Below are positions 12,831 through 25,916 of a stretch of DNA of 64,000 bases, one piece after another (the first letter of the stretch is position 1; each line of letters begins with the position of its first letter). The notes beneath the pieces are model-generated. The model was given only the letters and a program-made list of their open reading frames with translations, was not told the origin of the DNA and ran no database searches. This stretch comes from Octopus vulgaris (Eukaryota). A program made the translations under genes and the position numbers. The stretch covers positions 36,704,001 through 36,768,000 of the forward strand of contig OX597821.1 of NCBI GenBank assembly GCA_951406725.2. Reading direction: 5' to 3'.

Positions 12831-14068
12831 CTACTTATCAACCTTATAAACTAGATAACTGAAATAAATAGCATTAATAATTGCTATAGAATAGTCTGGA
12901 GAGCATTGGATGGAGATCAGTGAAGAAAGAAGGCTCTTTAGAAGAGTGGCCAAATAATGTGGTGAGCAGTGAAGGGTGACGCTCGCCTCGTCTGTATTAA
13001 CTTTGACTGTCATTCATTCGTTGCTTGTCCAAGGGGTGAGGCGGCGGTTACAAGTGGTGAAATATATTATGGATAGGGATCAGGTAAAATGAAATAAAAT
13101 TTAATAACAATAAAAAAGGTGAATGAGGATAAATCCGTGTAGGTGATGATGATTGTTGTGGGGGTGGAAGAGGGGTAGTGGGGTAGCGGTGGGATAGTAG
13201 GGGGTAGTGTTTGCGGTGGTGGGGTGGGGGTGGGGGTATAATACAATAAGTAGGAGAGAACGTATAAGACTTGGGTAGAAGACGAAGACGGCGATGTAGA
13301 TGATGAAGTAGAAAATGAGGAGGAAGAGGAGAGAAGGGGAGGGGAGGGTGAGTGGAGCGAGAGGGGCGATGAGGGGTGGGAGGGATAGGAGGGGAGTGGA
13401 GAGAAAGGGATGAGTGGAGGGAAGCGGAGGGGGAGGAGGAATGTGGTCAAGTTCATTGAACGAATGGTTTTGGTGAAATATCTGAACGGCCCTCTCCATA
13501 AGGAACATTGACGGAGATGATGATGGTGATGGATCTGATGTGAAGACGTGAAGGGGGGGGAGGGAGGGCTGGACAGAAGAAACGAGAGAAGGGACGTCCT
13601 CTGCACAGCCGCGCACAACAGATGGTTAAATTTTTATCTACAGTTTAGTGAGCCATATAACTAACCTGCGTAAGTGCGGCCGGCTTAGAAGTGTGACGGT
13701 GTGGAGTTAGTCAGAGGGGACACAATAAGTATGGGCTGTTTGAGTGGATGTCTTCTTATTTTTAAGAGAGTTTGTGAAAATTGGAAGGAAGAGGTATGTT
13801 AAAAGTCTATTAATTGTACAGGGGTGGGGAGAATATGTACGTATGTATGTATGTGTGTATGTATGTATGTATGTATATATGTATGTGTGTATGTATGTAT
13901 GTATGTATGTATGTACGTATGTATGTACGTATGGATGTACGTATGGATGTACGTACGTACGTACGTATGTATGTACGTACGTATGTATGTACTACGTACG
14001 TATGTATGTACGTACGTACGTATGTATGTACGTATGTATGTATGTATGGATGGATGGATGGATGGATG

Positions 14069-14147
<79 letters not shown>

Positions 14148-15288
14148 GGATGGATGGATAGATGGATGGTTGGTTGGTTGGTTGGTTGGTTGGTTGGTTG
14201 GATGGAGGGAGAGAGATGGATAGATGGATGGGTGGATAGCTAGATGGATGGACAGTTAGAGAGATAGAGAGAAAGAAGAGGGTAGTGTATATGAAAGCGA
14301 GAGATAATAAGCATCAGATAATGATGGAATACAAAATAGTTATGAATAAATCTAGACTATAACAAATGAGCGCTCGCAGCAGCCTTATTTTTAACTTAGT
14401 TGAGACACTTTTGCTGGTTCAGATGTTATTAAGCATTTCCATGAACATTCTTGCCATGTCTAGCCGTGTGTTATTCCCTCTCTTACATGTGGCTTCAACA
14501 GAGACATTGGCTCCAAGATACTTGTAAAATTCAACATTTTCGTGTCTCTTGTTGCTCTGTTTGATGTTAGTATTTACTTTCTCTTTCCCTGCCTCCACGA
14601 TAATAAAAATGCGTCAACAACAATTTGCATTAATCCTACCATCACTGCGACTACTATATATATTTATATACAGCCATCACATCCACCCACAAAAACCACT
14701 ACATGTACTACCATCAAAACCTCTACCTCTAGAACCACCCATTCGATGCCCAAACAATTCATTGGAGGTATTTTCATCGACCCCAAGAAGAATAAAAGTC
14801 AAAGTTGACCACTTCAGGATTTGAACTCAGAACACACAGAGCCGTAACGAATAGGTCAAAGCATTTTATCTGACCTCTAACGACTCGGTCAATTTACCAC
14901 TACGGCAACGACCACCGGCACAACAACATCATGTAGCATTGCAGCCACAGAGACAATCACCTCCACCGCCAACATCAACAGCAACAGCAACACTGCTGCC
15001 ACCACTATCACCGCCACTTTCTTTTTGCTATCACCGACAGCATAAAGGATTAAAATGACCATGACCACAAAATCACAATAAAAACTAGCCACTGTTGAAA
15101 ATCTGTGACCTGGCCTAACGACGCACAAGGAAGCTCATTAGTTGTGGTTGTGAAACGATGGGTGTAGTTGTGTGTTTTATTTTAATGTCGTCCCCATCTG
15201 CTTCTATAAAGGCGCACAACCAATAAACGAGCAATAAATACGAATAACAAAATACCAAAAAAATATATAACAAATATATAAATCAATT

Positions 15289-15347
<59 letters not shown>

Positions 15348-15396
15348 GAACATATATCTATGAATAAATACATCTCTCTTTCTCATACATACATAC

Positions 15397-15447
<51 letters not shown>

Positions 15448-15451
15448 ATAC

Positions 15452-15484
<33 letters not shown>

Positions 15485-15497
15485 CATATATATACGT

Positions 15498-15702
15498 ATT
15501 TTTTTAATCAGCTTCAGCTCAAAGCTGTGGCCATGCTGGGGCACCGCTGTTTTACTACACTATTATTATTGAGAGCCTCCTCTAATATGCAGCATTTAGT
15601 AAATAAGGGTGGTTGATGTCGTTATCCTCATTTGCACCTCCTGCCGTGAGGTAGGTTTCTCCTACATCCACATTGTGTACGTCCCTCAGATTGTTTGGGA
15701 CA
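15498..15702 (-). mobile_element. Diverged, internally deleted 3' end of the CR1-group LINE family
   Basis: Reverse strand gives [22 protein letters not shown] plus the gcggtgccccagcatggccacagctttgagctgaa tail, homologous to 17815-18060. Confidence 0.8.
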
Positions 15703-15710
15703 ATATATAT

Positions 15711-15797
<87 letters not shown>

Positions 15798-15880
15798 TGT
15801 ATGTATTTATGCATGTATGTACATGTATATACATAGATATATATGTATATACATAGGTATATATATATATGTATATGTAC

Positions 15881-15922
<42 letters not shown>

Positions 15923-18085
15923 AGCCATATGCTACAAACGTGTCCCAGAGAGAAAGGCCACTGTACACAAGAACAAAATACCCAGAGAGAGGAAAATTCT
16001 AATGAGACGGCGTACAAAAGTTTCAAATCGCCTAAACAAACAAATTGAAAGCAGTGAAAAGTCCCGCCTGAATATAAAACTGTTGGAAATTGAAAAATGT
16101 CTGCAACTCTCCCATGAAAAAGAAAGAGCAGACAAAGAAGCCTGGGCTATAGACAACATAAAATCTAACCCCAGAGCTTTCTACAGGTATGCCAAAGAAA
16201 CAGCTACGGTGCACTGTAGGATAGGGCCACTCCTTGAAAAGGATGGCACACTCACAGGAAATCCAATGAGGGTAAGTGAAATACTAAATGAGCAATTCAA
16301 GAGTATTTTCACTCCACCCCTAGGGCATTTTCAAGTCAGCAATCCAACTGACTTCTTTACCACTGCAGATATAAAATCAGAGGCAGCGATGATTGATTAC
16401 ATCAATATAAAGGAAGACGATGTAATAAAGGCTATTGATGAAATGAAAACAAACTCAGCTACTGGCCCCGATGGATTCCCAGCAATCCTTCTAAAAGTAT
16501 GTAAGAGAGTCCTAGCAAGACCACTGCAGTTCCTCTTTCAGAGCTTCCTTGCAACTGGCAAACTTCCAAGAAAACTTAAGGAAGGTAAAATATGCCCTAT
16601 TCATAAAGGAGGTAGCAGAGCGGAGGCCAAGAACTACAGACCTATCTCTCTGACCTCACACATCAGCAAGGTCATGGAACGAATAGTCAGAAGGAAACTA
16701 ATCACCTTCCTTGAAGAAAATGACTTGCTGCCTGACACCCAACATGGTTTCCGACCAGGAAGAAGCTGCTTAACTCAGCTCTTACAACACTATGACTGGG
16801 TGCTGAAACGACTGCTCAACCACTCAAATGTAGAAGTCATATATCTCGACTTTGCAAAGGCCTTTGATAAAGCCGATCATGGAATGATATGTCACAAACT
16901 GCGTGATCTTGGCATAGTTGGAAAATTGGGAGAATGGCTTCATGACTTTCTGAAGGATAGAAGTTAGGTGGTAGTAGCCATTAAAACGCAAATAGTGAGC
17001 GGTGTTCCGCAAGGCACTGTTCTGGGACAACTACTGTTCATAATGGCCCTCTCAGACATGCCCTCAGCCACGCAGAGAGCCACGATCACAAGTTATGCAG
17101 ATGATACAAAAGTTTCACAGGCAATACAGAACCGTGAAGACACTAAGCACCTGCAATGTGAGCTGGACAAAATATACAAGTGGGCTGAAAAGAACAGCAT
17201 GCAGTTCAATGCTGAAAAGTTTCAAGCTTTATACTATCAGCATGCAAAACTAAATGCAATACCCAATAAATACACTGGACCTGGAGGGATTGCAATCCCA
17301 GAGGCACAATCAGTGCGAGACCTGGGTATTTACATGAGTGATGATGCAACCTTTCATGTGATAATGAAATGTAGGCGGCTGACCGGATGGATTCTTAGAA
17401 CCTTTAGAACAAGAGACCAGGAAACCATGATGGTCCTATGGAGGACACTTGTCCTAAGCCACTTTGACTATTGCTCTCAGCTATGGTCACCATCCAGTGT
17501 CAAGTTAATCACAGAACTTGAGGCGATCCAACGAAGCTACACGAAGAAGATAGCCTCTGTGCAGCATATAAGCTATTGGGAAAGACTCAAGAAATTGAGA
17601 CTCTATTCCTTAGAGCGTAGGCGAGAAAGATATGCCATAATATACATCTGGAAGATCCTAGAAGGACTTGTCCCAAACTTTGGCATCGAGAGTTACACAA
17701 ATGCCAGAACTGGGCGCCACTGCATAGTGTCAAGGACTCCAAATTTGCCATCAAGATGTAGGACAAGATACTGTGATAGCCTGGGCTTCCGAGGCCCACA
17801 GCTCTTCAATATCCTCCCGAAGAACCTAAGAGACCTGCATGGGGTGGATGCAGATGTCTTTAAAATGAAACAGGATCTCTTCTTGTCAGGTGTCCCATAT
17901 GAACCAACTTCACGGCAGGAAGTGCAGATGAGAGCAGCTGCATCGAACTCTCTCATGCACCAGATGGCATTTGCTAAAAAGCATTCGTGAAGTAAAATCA
18001 TGTAGCAACACCAAATGGCGGTGCCCCAGCATGGCCACAGCTTGTGAGCTGAAACTAAATAAAATAAAAATAAAAAATAAAATAA
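15923..18085 (+). mobile_element. 5'-truncated CR1-group LINE; reverse transcriptase ORF2 pseudogene
   Basis: NYRPISLTS, QHGFRPGRSC, YLDFAKAFDK, SGVPQGTVLG, YADD (17094-17105), RDLG, YCSQLWSP. In-frame TAG at 16965-16967. No endonuclease domain. A-rich tail. Confidence 0.95.
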
Positions 18086-18337
18086 ATATGTATGTATATA
18101 TATGTGTATATAAATATATACATACACACACATTTATTCTATTACTTGTTTCAGTTATTTGACAACAGCGATGCTGTGGCACCGACTTTAATCGAGCAAA
18201 TCAACCCCACAACTTATTCTTTGTAAGCCTAGCACTTATTCTATCGGACCATTTTTTCCGAACCGCTAAGTTACGGGGACGTAAACACACCAGCATCGGT
18301 TGTCAAGCGATGTTGGGAGGACAAACAAAGACACACA

Positions 18338-18402
<65 letters not shown>

Positions 18403-18411
18403 ATATATATA

Positions 18412-18635
18412 CTTTATTTAAAGCAGCAGAAAATTCAACAAACCCTGTTACTCTGAGTTTCCCGTTGACGTTCATCGGACAGTTTCTAGCAAAAACTGTC
18501 CGATGAACGGCAACGGGAAACTCAGAGTAACAGGTTTTGCTGAATTTTCTGCTGCTTTGAATAAAGCATATTACTCTACCACTGGTATTTGAGTACTCTT
18601 TTTTCCACCTTGTTTCACATTTATGTGTTTACTCC

Positions 18636-18637
<2 letters not shown>
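18412..18637. mobile_element. Fold-back (74-bp arms) pLTR-like insert with an HHR-like motif in each arm
   Basis: 18412-18485 is the reverse complement of 18493-18566 with a few mismatches; bounded by (TA)n. Confidence 0.8.
18496..18533 (+). ncRNA. Minimal type I hammerhead-like motif (U4C variant); mirror copy at 18445-18482 on the - strand
   Basis: ctgt CCGAUGA acggcaacgg GAAA ctcagag UA acag; stem I ctgt/acag, stem III ACU/AGU. Confidence 0.65.
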
Positions 18638-18712
<75 letters not shown>

Positions 18713-18855
18713 ATGAGTGTATTTTACCTTGTTAACAATTAACACGGATAAATGAATGAATAGTTACCAGGGCAGCAAAAATCTCACAAGTAAAGATGTT
18801 GTAACTCCTTGTTTATAAAGGTTGAAACTTCGTGTTTACATTGAATATTTGAATA

Positions 18856-18912
18856 ATATGAATAAAAAATGGAGTTAACGCAGGTTTAAACCTGCGTTAA
18901 CTCCATTTTTTA

Positions 18913-18919
<7 letters not shown>
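18856..18919. repeat. Perfect 64-bp palindrome with no spacer
   Basis: atatgaataaaaaatggagttaacgcaggttt|aaacctgcgttaactccattttttattcatat. Confidence 0.95.
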
Positions 18920-18949
<30 letters not shown>

Positions 18950-19068
18950 GATGACCTTCTTTCAGGTTCCTTCTACCAAATCCACTCACAAGGGTTTGGT
19001 CACCCCGAGGCTATAGTAGAAGACACTTGCCCAAGGTACCACGCGCATTGGGACTGAACCTGGTACCA

Positions 19069-19133
<65 letters not shown>

Positions 19134-20935
19134 CGTTTATGTCTGTATGCTCTTTATGTGTGCTTTATGTACATGTATACTTTCCCTCTCGGTGACTTCA
19201 GTGAATGTGAATATTCGTCGCTTAACAATTGAAACTGGGCCAAAGTCTAAGCTAATCGTCTACTTGCCTTTGCACCACGCCAGTACCAGCTCCCTATCAT
19301 GCACTCTCAATGACTCTTCAAATCTGAGATATTGAAAATGGTCAATGTTCGTGCTATGTGCCATAAAGCCGAGCAGAGGTCCTTGAAATTATGTATTCAA
19401 ACACCTAGATGTACATAAAAGAAACTAAAAGTAACCCATATATGTGAACCTGACACAGTTGAAAGTGAATCTGTGCATTGTGTAACAATTTGCTTTATTC
19501 ATAATTATTTCATTGTTGTCGACTGTTTATTTTTTATGTCTGCAACCGACAAGCTTCGCACACCCAGAAAATTTCATTTTTATATTGTTGCTAAACACTT
19601 GCTAACTTCTGTGCGTGTATAATTTGAATATTAAATCCACTGAATTGATGAAAAGCAACTTATTTTATAAGTTTATTTAAGCATATCACCGTTTTAACAT
19701 ATCTAAACCAGTCAGGTTTACTTACAAGCAACGAATTATTAAACTTTTTTAATTTTTCACGCCAGATAATTTTGGGGTCATACAGTGGAAAAAGACCATA
19801 CATTCAATTATACTTCATATCTGGGTTTACTGCTTTAAAAAAAAAATAATAAAAGGAAAAGATTTTCAATAAAATATTTTGTGTCATCAGTTTTCCGAAA
19901 CAGTATTTTTCAATCAATCATTTTGGTGCAGATGTTAAAGAACGATCGCTTTTGGAGCAGAATGCATTTGAAATGTATGCGAATTAACCAGTGAGAGTGG
20001 TTTATCAGCAAATTAAAACTAGCTTATGTTTAAAATTAATTGTTAGCCTTGAGAAATGTAAGAAGTAAGAAACGTCGCACAATCTACGAAACATTGGTCT
20101 TATACTACTTGACTAGTGCTTCATAGAAAACGAATACTTTACTGATGTTACATATCAGATGATATTTTTTTAAACATATGAAAGTTGTGGGGGAGAGGAC
20201 AAGTCGATTACATTGGTAATTATTTTATCGAATCCGAAGGCGACCTCGTGTGAATTTGAACTCAAAACGAAGAACCAGAAGAAATGCCACTAATTATTCC
20301 TGAGGAAGAAGTAGAAGAGAGAGAGGAGGAAGAGGAGGACGACGAGGAGGAGGACGAGGACGAGGAGGGGGCGAGGAGGAAAAGAAGATGAATTGGGTGA
20401 AGGGCAAGCGGAGGAGAAAGATAAAAAGAAGACAGATTACGCCAGCACCGACAGCTACAACAAGAACCAGAAACAACAAAAGCAAAACTCAACGACTGTA
20501 GTTACAACAACTAAACGTAACAACAACAGCAACAACAACAATCAAGTGGTAACAACAATCAAGTTAACTACTAAAATATAACAACTAGTGGTAACATTGT
20601 ATTCATTATAGGCTGACTAAAACTGAACATTACAAGTAAAAACAGGAAACGTTATCCCGAACCTACCGGAAGTAACTAAGACAAAGTCTTTGGATCAACA
20701 ATAGAGAAACAACGAAGGTTTTTGTTTTTGTTTGGTTTATCGCTCTTCTTTCTCCTTCCGTTTAATCTTTTTTTTCTTCCTCTTCTCCCCAACTTATTCC
20801 TCCCTCCCCTTTCTCTTCTTCTTTTCATCCCCTATCATCTTCCCGTCTTCACTTTCACCTACGCATCATTAATTACCCGTCCATTTCTCATTAGTCTCTC
20901 ACTCTTCCCTAATCGCTATGCCTCCACCTTTGGCC

Positions 20936-21072
20936 GCAGGAGTGGCTGAGTGGTAAGAAGCTTGCTTTCCAAACCACGTGGTCCCGGGTTCAGTCGCACT
21001 GCATGGCAACTTGGGCACGTCTCTTCTACTATAGCATCGAGCCGACCAAAGCCTTGTGTGTGTGTGTGTATG

Positions 21073-21156
<84 letters not shown>

Positions 21157-21210
21157 TGTGCGTGTGTGTGTCTGTGTTTGTCCGTCCCTTCCACCGCTTC
21201 ACAACCTGGG
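20936..21210 (+). mobile_element. SINE family A, 5' part
   Basis: gcaggagtggctgagtggtaagaagcttgc...ccgaccaaagccttgtg. Confidence 0.8.
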
Positions 21211-22199
21211 GGCGATTTGTTCGAATATATTTTCATCAGCATTTTACGCCTGTTCTGATTTGTAACCACTCTATGCAATCAAATTCAATAGATCCCTAGG
21301 AGAATTAATAGCAGCTTCTCTATTATCACTGGCAGTTCAACGGTTGAATTTATATACAAAGTAAGGTACCACTTAACCCTTTCTGCTGTAATAACCCTCA
21401 TGTTTGTAGACCTGCAGTGGAACCGTGTCACTGATCAGGTCGCAGTTGGTGCGGCGAAAAGGTTGACACCAAATAATAACTGTTTAAGTGAAATTAACAG
21501 TTTTTGTGTGCTTTTGAATGGCTAATATGTATCTTTCAGTTTGTAATTGCTTTAGTTTCAAAACACTATCTCAGATCAAATCACAAGTACATCGCGAATA
21601 TTTATTTATCTATTATCATTCTATCTGTTTATTTATCTATCTATCACCCGGCGTGCTAACGTTTCTGCCAGCTCACCGTAAAGTTAAAATATATCATACA
21701 AATTATACGCATTCGCATATAGATATACAAATATATTGAATCTACGATCATGGTGTTAAGGTCGTCTGAATATACTATCAGAAAAATATACATACACAAA
21801 CCTTGAGAACTGAATCTGACCCTATACGTAAATCTATATGTATTTCATATTTTAAAGAAAATATTATACCTATAGATATTACATATGATATACATATTTT
21901 ATGAAAATAATCTAAAGGTTCACAAAAAGCTATCATAATCATTTTGTCTGGATGTAAGTCAATTAGATAATCTTGGCTATTGGGTTTTTTATAGATTTAT
22001 GGTGAATATTTTTATTAATCTATTAATATATAGTGTGTTAATGGTTATATCTTAAAAAACAGAATTGAAGATTTTTAGGGTGATATTAAATTATATCAAT
22101 AAATCATTTTAGGTACTTTGCCATGTATCAACACGAAAAACCTTTTTCATCCCTCGTATTAACTAGGTTCCCTTTTCTTTATATATATATATATATATA

Positions 22200-22607
22200 A
22201 ACTTGGAGAAGAGAAAGGCAAAAAAAGCCCGTATTGTCTGTTTCCTATACTGTTTCTTTATTGTACTGTTTTTTCTTCATTTTATTGTACTGTTTTTTTC
22301 TTCATTTGTATTGTTTTTTCTTCATTTGTATTGCTTTTACGTCCTGTTTTTGTCACTTGTTTTACCCCTCTGCAAAAGAATTTTATTTAATTCCTTTTGC
22401 AGGAAGGACTGCTTCGACTGTGTTCTGTCCTTACCTTTGAAACACACTTTGAGTCGAACTAGGGACAGCTGATGAAGGGCAATTTTCCTTGTATTGTTTG
22501 TCCTGTACTCTGTTTTTTCGTTGTTTAAAAAAAGTCCGTTTCCTGGTTTGATTTTATGTTCTCGTCTCTCGTTGTGTTCTACGTTTATTTGTGGTGTCCT
22601 GTACTCA
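22200..22607 (+). mobile_element. Short non-coding element between (TA)n tracts with a rearranged hammerhead motif (copy 2)
   Basis: (TA)n on both sides; homologous to 1-483. Confidence 0.7.
22389..22484 (+). ncRNA. Candidate non-circularly-permuted hammerhead-like RNA, copy 2 (best preserved)
   Basis: Stem II gaagg(22403-07)/ccttt(22434-38). Stem III tgtgt(22419-23)/acaca(22442-46). GUU 22422-24. Stem I ctgtcctta(22425-33)/tagggacag(22460-68). GAAA 22439-42. CUGAUGA 22469-75. Confidence 0.65.
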
Positions 22608-23296
22608 TATATATATATATATATGCATGTATATATACATGTAGATGTAAGTATGTACATATATGTATGTATATATGCATATATTTTATTTATTTATTAT
22701 ATTACTATATATATATATATATATATATATGAGCAAAACGCCCCACCCCCACCCCACCGTCCAATGGACGGTGCTGAGTTGTCAAACATTTAAACCAAAT
22801 TTTCTCAAAACAACTTGTCCGACCGTCCCATAGGCCTCCCCTTGAGAAACACTGATTTAACCTAAATTTGGAGACACCAGCAAAAGAAGAAATATAGATA
22901 TCGATCGCAACAGCTGATGTACTTGCGCGTACAAATGCACATTCCCACGGCTTTATCGATCGCATTCTCATCCGGAATCGATTTTTGTAATTTTTTCAAG
23001 ACTTATACACGCCCTGATACCGTCGGTATCTACATATCAAATTTGGGCGCATCGGATGCAGGATGCCCGAGACCCTAGACGACACACACACACAGACAGA
23101 CAGAACGGATTTTATATAATAGATATACATAAACATATATATATATATATGCATAAACATATATATACATATATACAAAATTTAGAGGACTGACCACTAA
23201 AAGTGGACAGCCTTTATGCTAGATATTTTTTTTAAATATGCTAGGCCACTGGTTCTAATTGATTAATATCAATTTCTACCCTTATTTAATTTTATA

Positions 23297-23345
<49 letters not shown>

Positions 23346-23382
23346 GTGAATGGCCTATTATGGCCGTTCCTTGATTTTGCTG

Positions 23383-23426
<44 letters not shown>

Positions 23427-24159
23427 TATATAGAACATTTTATCAACATAGATCCGTCATTGGTTGGCTGGCAAAACTTCGAACTCCTTATCGATATAAT
23501 CACTTAAACTATCTCACAACACTTTTACTGTGTGCTATTCTCAGTGAAATATTTATAGTTCTATGCTGATAAAAAAAACATCCTTTATCGTATGTGTGTG
23601 TATTTGTGTGAGGTGTAATGTGAGGCGTGTGTGTGCGCGCGCGTACGCACGCATATGCACTTCACCTATTAGCTATAAATATAATGACATAAATACATCC
23701 TGTATTATTAGCTTAAATATCAATAGATCAAACTAATTGCGGAAGCTAGTATAATGAAAAGTAAGTCTGATCCCTTGTTTTCATTGCATTTTTCGTGTAA
23801 ACATATCAACCGTAGTTTTCTTAGTCTTTATTATTGTTCTATCAATCCCGATGAGTCCCAATTTCCTTTATATGGAGCTTTCATTGAGTAACATTGTATC
23901 TGTCTCGTGTGTGCCTGTTCTTGTTATTCTATTCTTTTGCGCCATCGTTTCTTTTTCTTTTTTTTTCATCGGTTCAGCTTTCTATTTACCCCTTCTATCT
24001 ATCTATCTCTCTCCTCAATATTTTTCAAGAACAAAGAAACGACGCATACACACACATGTATGCATATATATCCATCTGTCACTCTATCTATATACCTAGC
24101 CATCTCTCTGTCTATGTATATGCCTATCTGCTTATTGATATGTATGTGTATATATATAT

Positions 24160-24275
24160 TTCTTTACTACCCATAAGGGGTTAAACATAGAGGGGACAAA
24201 CAAGGACAGACAAACGGATTAAGTCGATTACATCGACCCAGCGCGAAACAAGTGCTTTATTTATCGACCCCAAGA
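24160..24275 (-). mobile_element. SINE family B, 3' part
   Basis: Reverse of ...gtcgatgtaatcgacttaatccgtttgtctgtccttgtttgtcccctctatgtttaacccc. Confidence 0.75.
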
Positions 24276-24529
24276 AAAGGATTCCCTAATATTTAGACAG
24301 TTCCTGGACGAATAGGTCCAACAAATTCCGGACAAACTACCTACACCTGGTTATATCTCTACTAACAATAACTCTTTACTCGAATGACACATGGTACCCA
24401 AAGAGCGACTGTAATATAAGACATCGTTAAATGTCTTTTTTTGGTGTTGCTTTAAGTTAGCCATAGCCTGGAACAATTCTGGCCGAAACTTTTCTAAGTG
24501 ATCTAAGTATGTATATATACATACTTGTC

Positions 24530-24695
24530 AAACAGTATTGATGTGGTTACGTCCCCTACCTCTAGTAACTTAGCGGTTCAGCAAAAGAAACTGATAGAAT
24601 AAATACCCGGCTTTAAAATGTCCTAGGGTCGATTTATTCGACTTAAAACCCTTCATTGCGGTGCCCCAGTATTGCTGCAGTCAACTGACTAAAAC
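24530..24695 (+). mobile_element. SINE family A, 3' part
   Basis: gtaacttagcggttcagcaaaaga..gatagaata...gcggtgccccagtattgctgcagtc. Confidence 0.75.
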
Positions 24696-24697
24696 AT

Positions 24698-24772
<75 letters not shown>

Positions 24773-25550
24773 TACCCATACATACATGCATACATACGCA
24801 CACTTATACGTACGTACATACATACACACATACATACATACATACATACATACATACATACATACATACATACATACATACATACATACATACATACCAA
24901 TAAGCAGTCCCGTGTATTTCCGTACTTATATACACAACCACACAATAACATAGGTAGATGCTTGCCAACATACATATACATGCACACAATCATAAACATA
25001 TAGACACACACATACACGTGTGTGTACGCGCGCGAGGGCAAAGTAGACTTGGAGAAGATTTCGAGATGGAGTATATCGTCGAAGTAGGCCATGGCGGCAT
25101 TTGAACTCAAACAGCAATGAACCGGAACAAGTACCAGAAGGCATCCTGTCCGATACTACAACGGTTCCATTCCATTCACTCTACACTGGACCAACCTAGA
25201 AAGTATGAAAGTATGAAAAGAAATACTGGTCTCGGTAGATTTGAAATCTAAATGCCAGATAACGAAAGGAAAACTACAAGGCATTTCGTCCGACAGTCTA
25301 ATGTTTCTCCAAAGTGATCGGGTGAAGAAATACTTAAAGAGAAACTTTAGCAAACACTACAACCAATTAAACCCATCTACGGGCATATTTTGCTACGTTG
25401 GTCTATGCACAAGTAAATACTTTGTTGCACCAGCATAAATGCATTATATGATTATATTCTTTAAAAATATAGAAATATTTTTGACATATTCTTCAGATAA
25501 TATTCTAGTTATCTATCTATCAAATTATATAACTATATAAATATAAATAA

Positions 25551-25600
<50 letters not shown>

Positions 25601-25611
25601 CGTGTGTATAT

Positions 25612-25695
<84 letters not shown>

Positions 25696-25824
25696 ACGCA
25701 TATATGTATGTATGTATGTATTATGTATATGCAAGTGAGGAGAGGAAAATATACACGTAGAATAATAAATGAATATAAATAAATAAATTATATATATATA
25801 TATAGTAGCGTATATATATATGTG

Positions 25825-25916
<92 letters not shown>

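Larger units (their letters stand above)
18135..19068 (-). mobile_element. SINE family A split by insertions into its internal (TA)n
   Basis: 3' part 18135-18345 and 5' part 18950-19068 flank (TA)n-bounded inserts. Confidence 0.8.

Noticed and set aside
13067-13618. 183-aa and 171-aa Pro/Ser-rich ORFs
   Set aside because: Purine-rich low-complexity tract read on the opposite strand; no domain signal
21410-21462. Possible micro-exon (tttgtag...aag|gttgac)
   Set aside because: Weak donor and no homology; speculative
23000-23125. Helitron/HINE-like end (caaatttggg...acagacagac...tttatataatagat)
   Set aside because: Resemblance only; no termini or second clear copy to support a call
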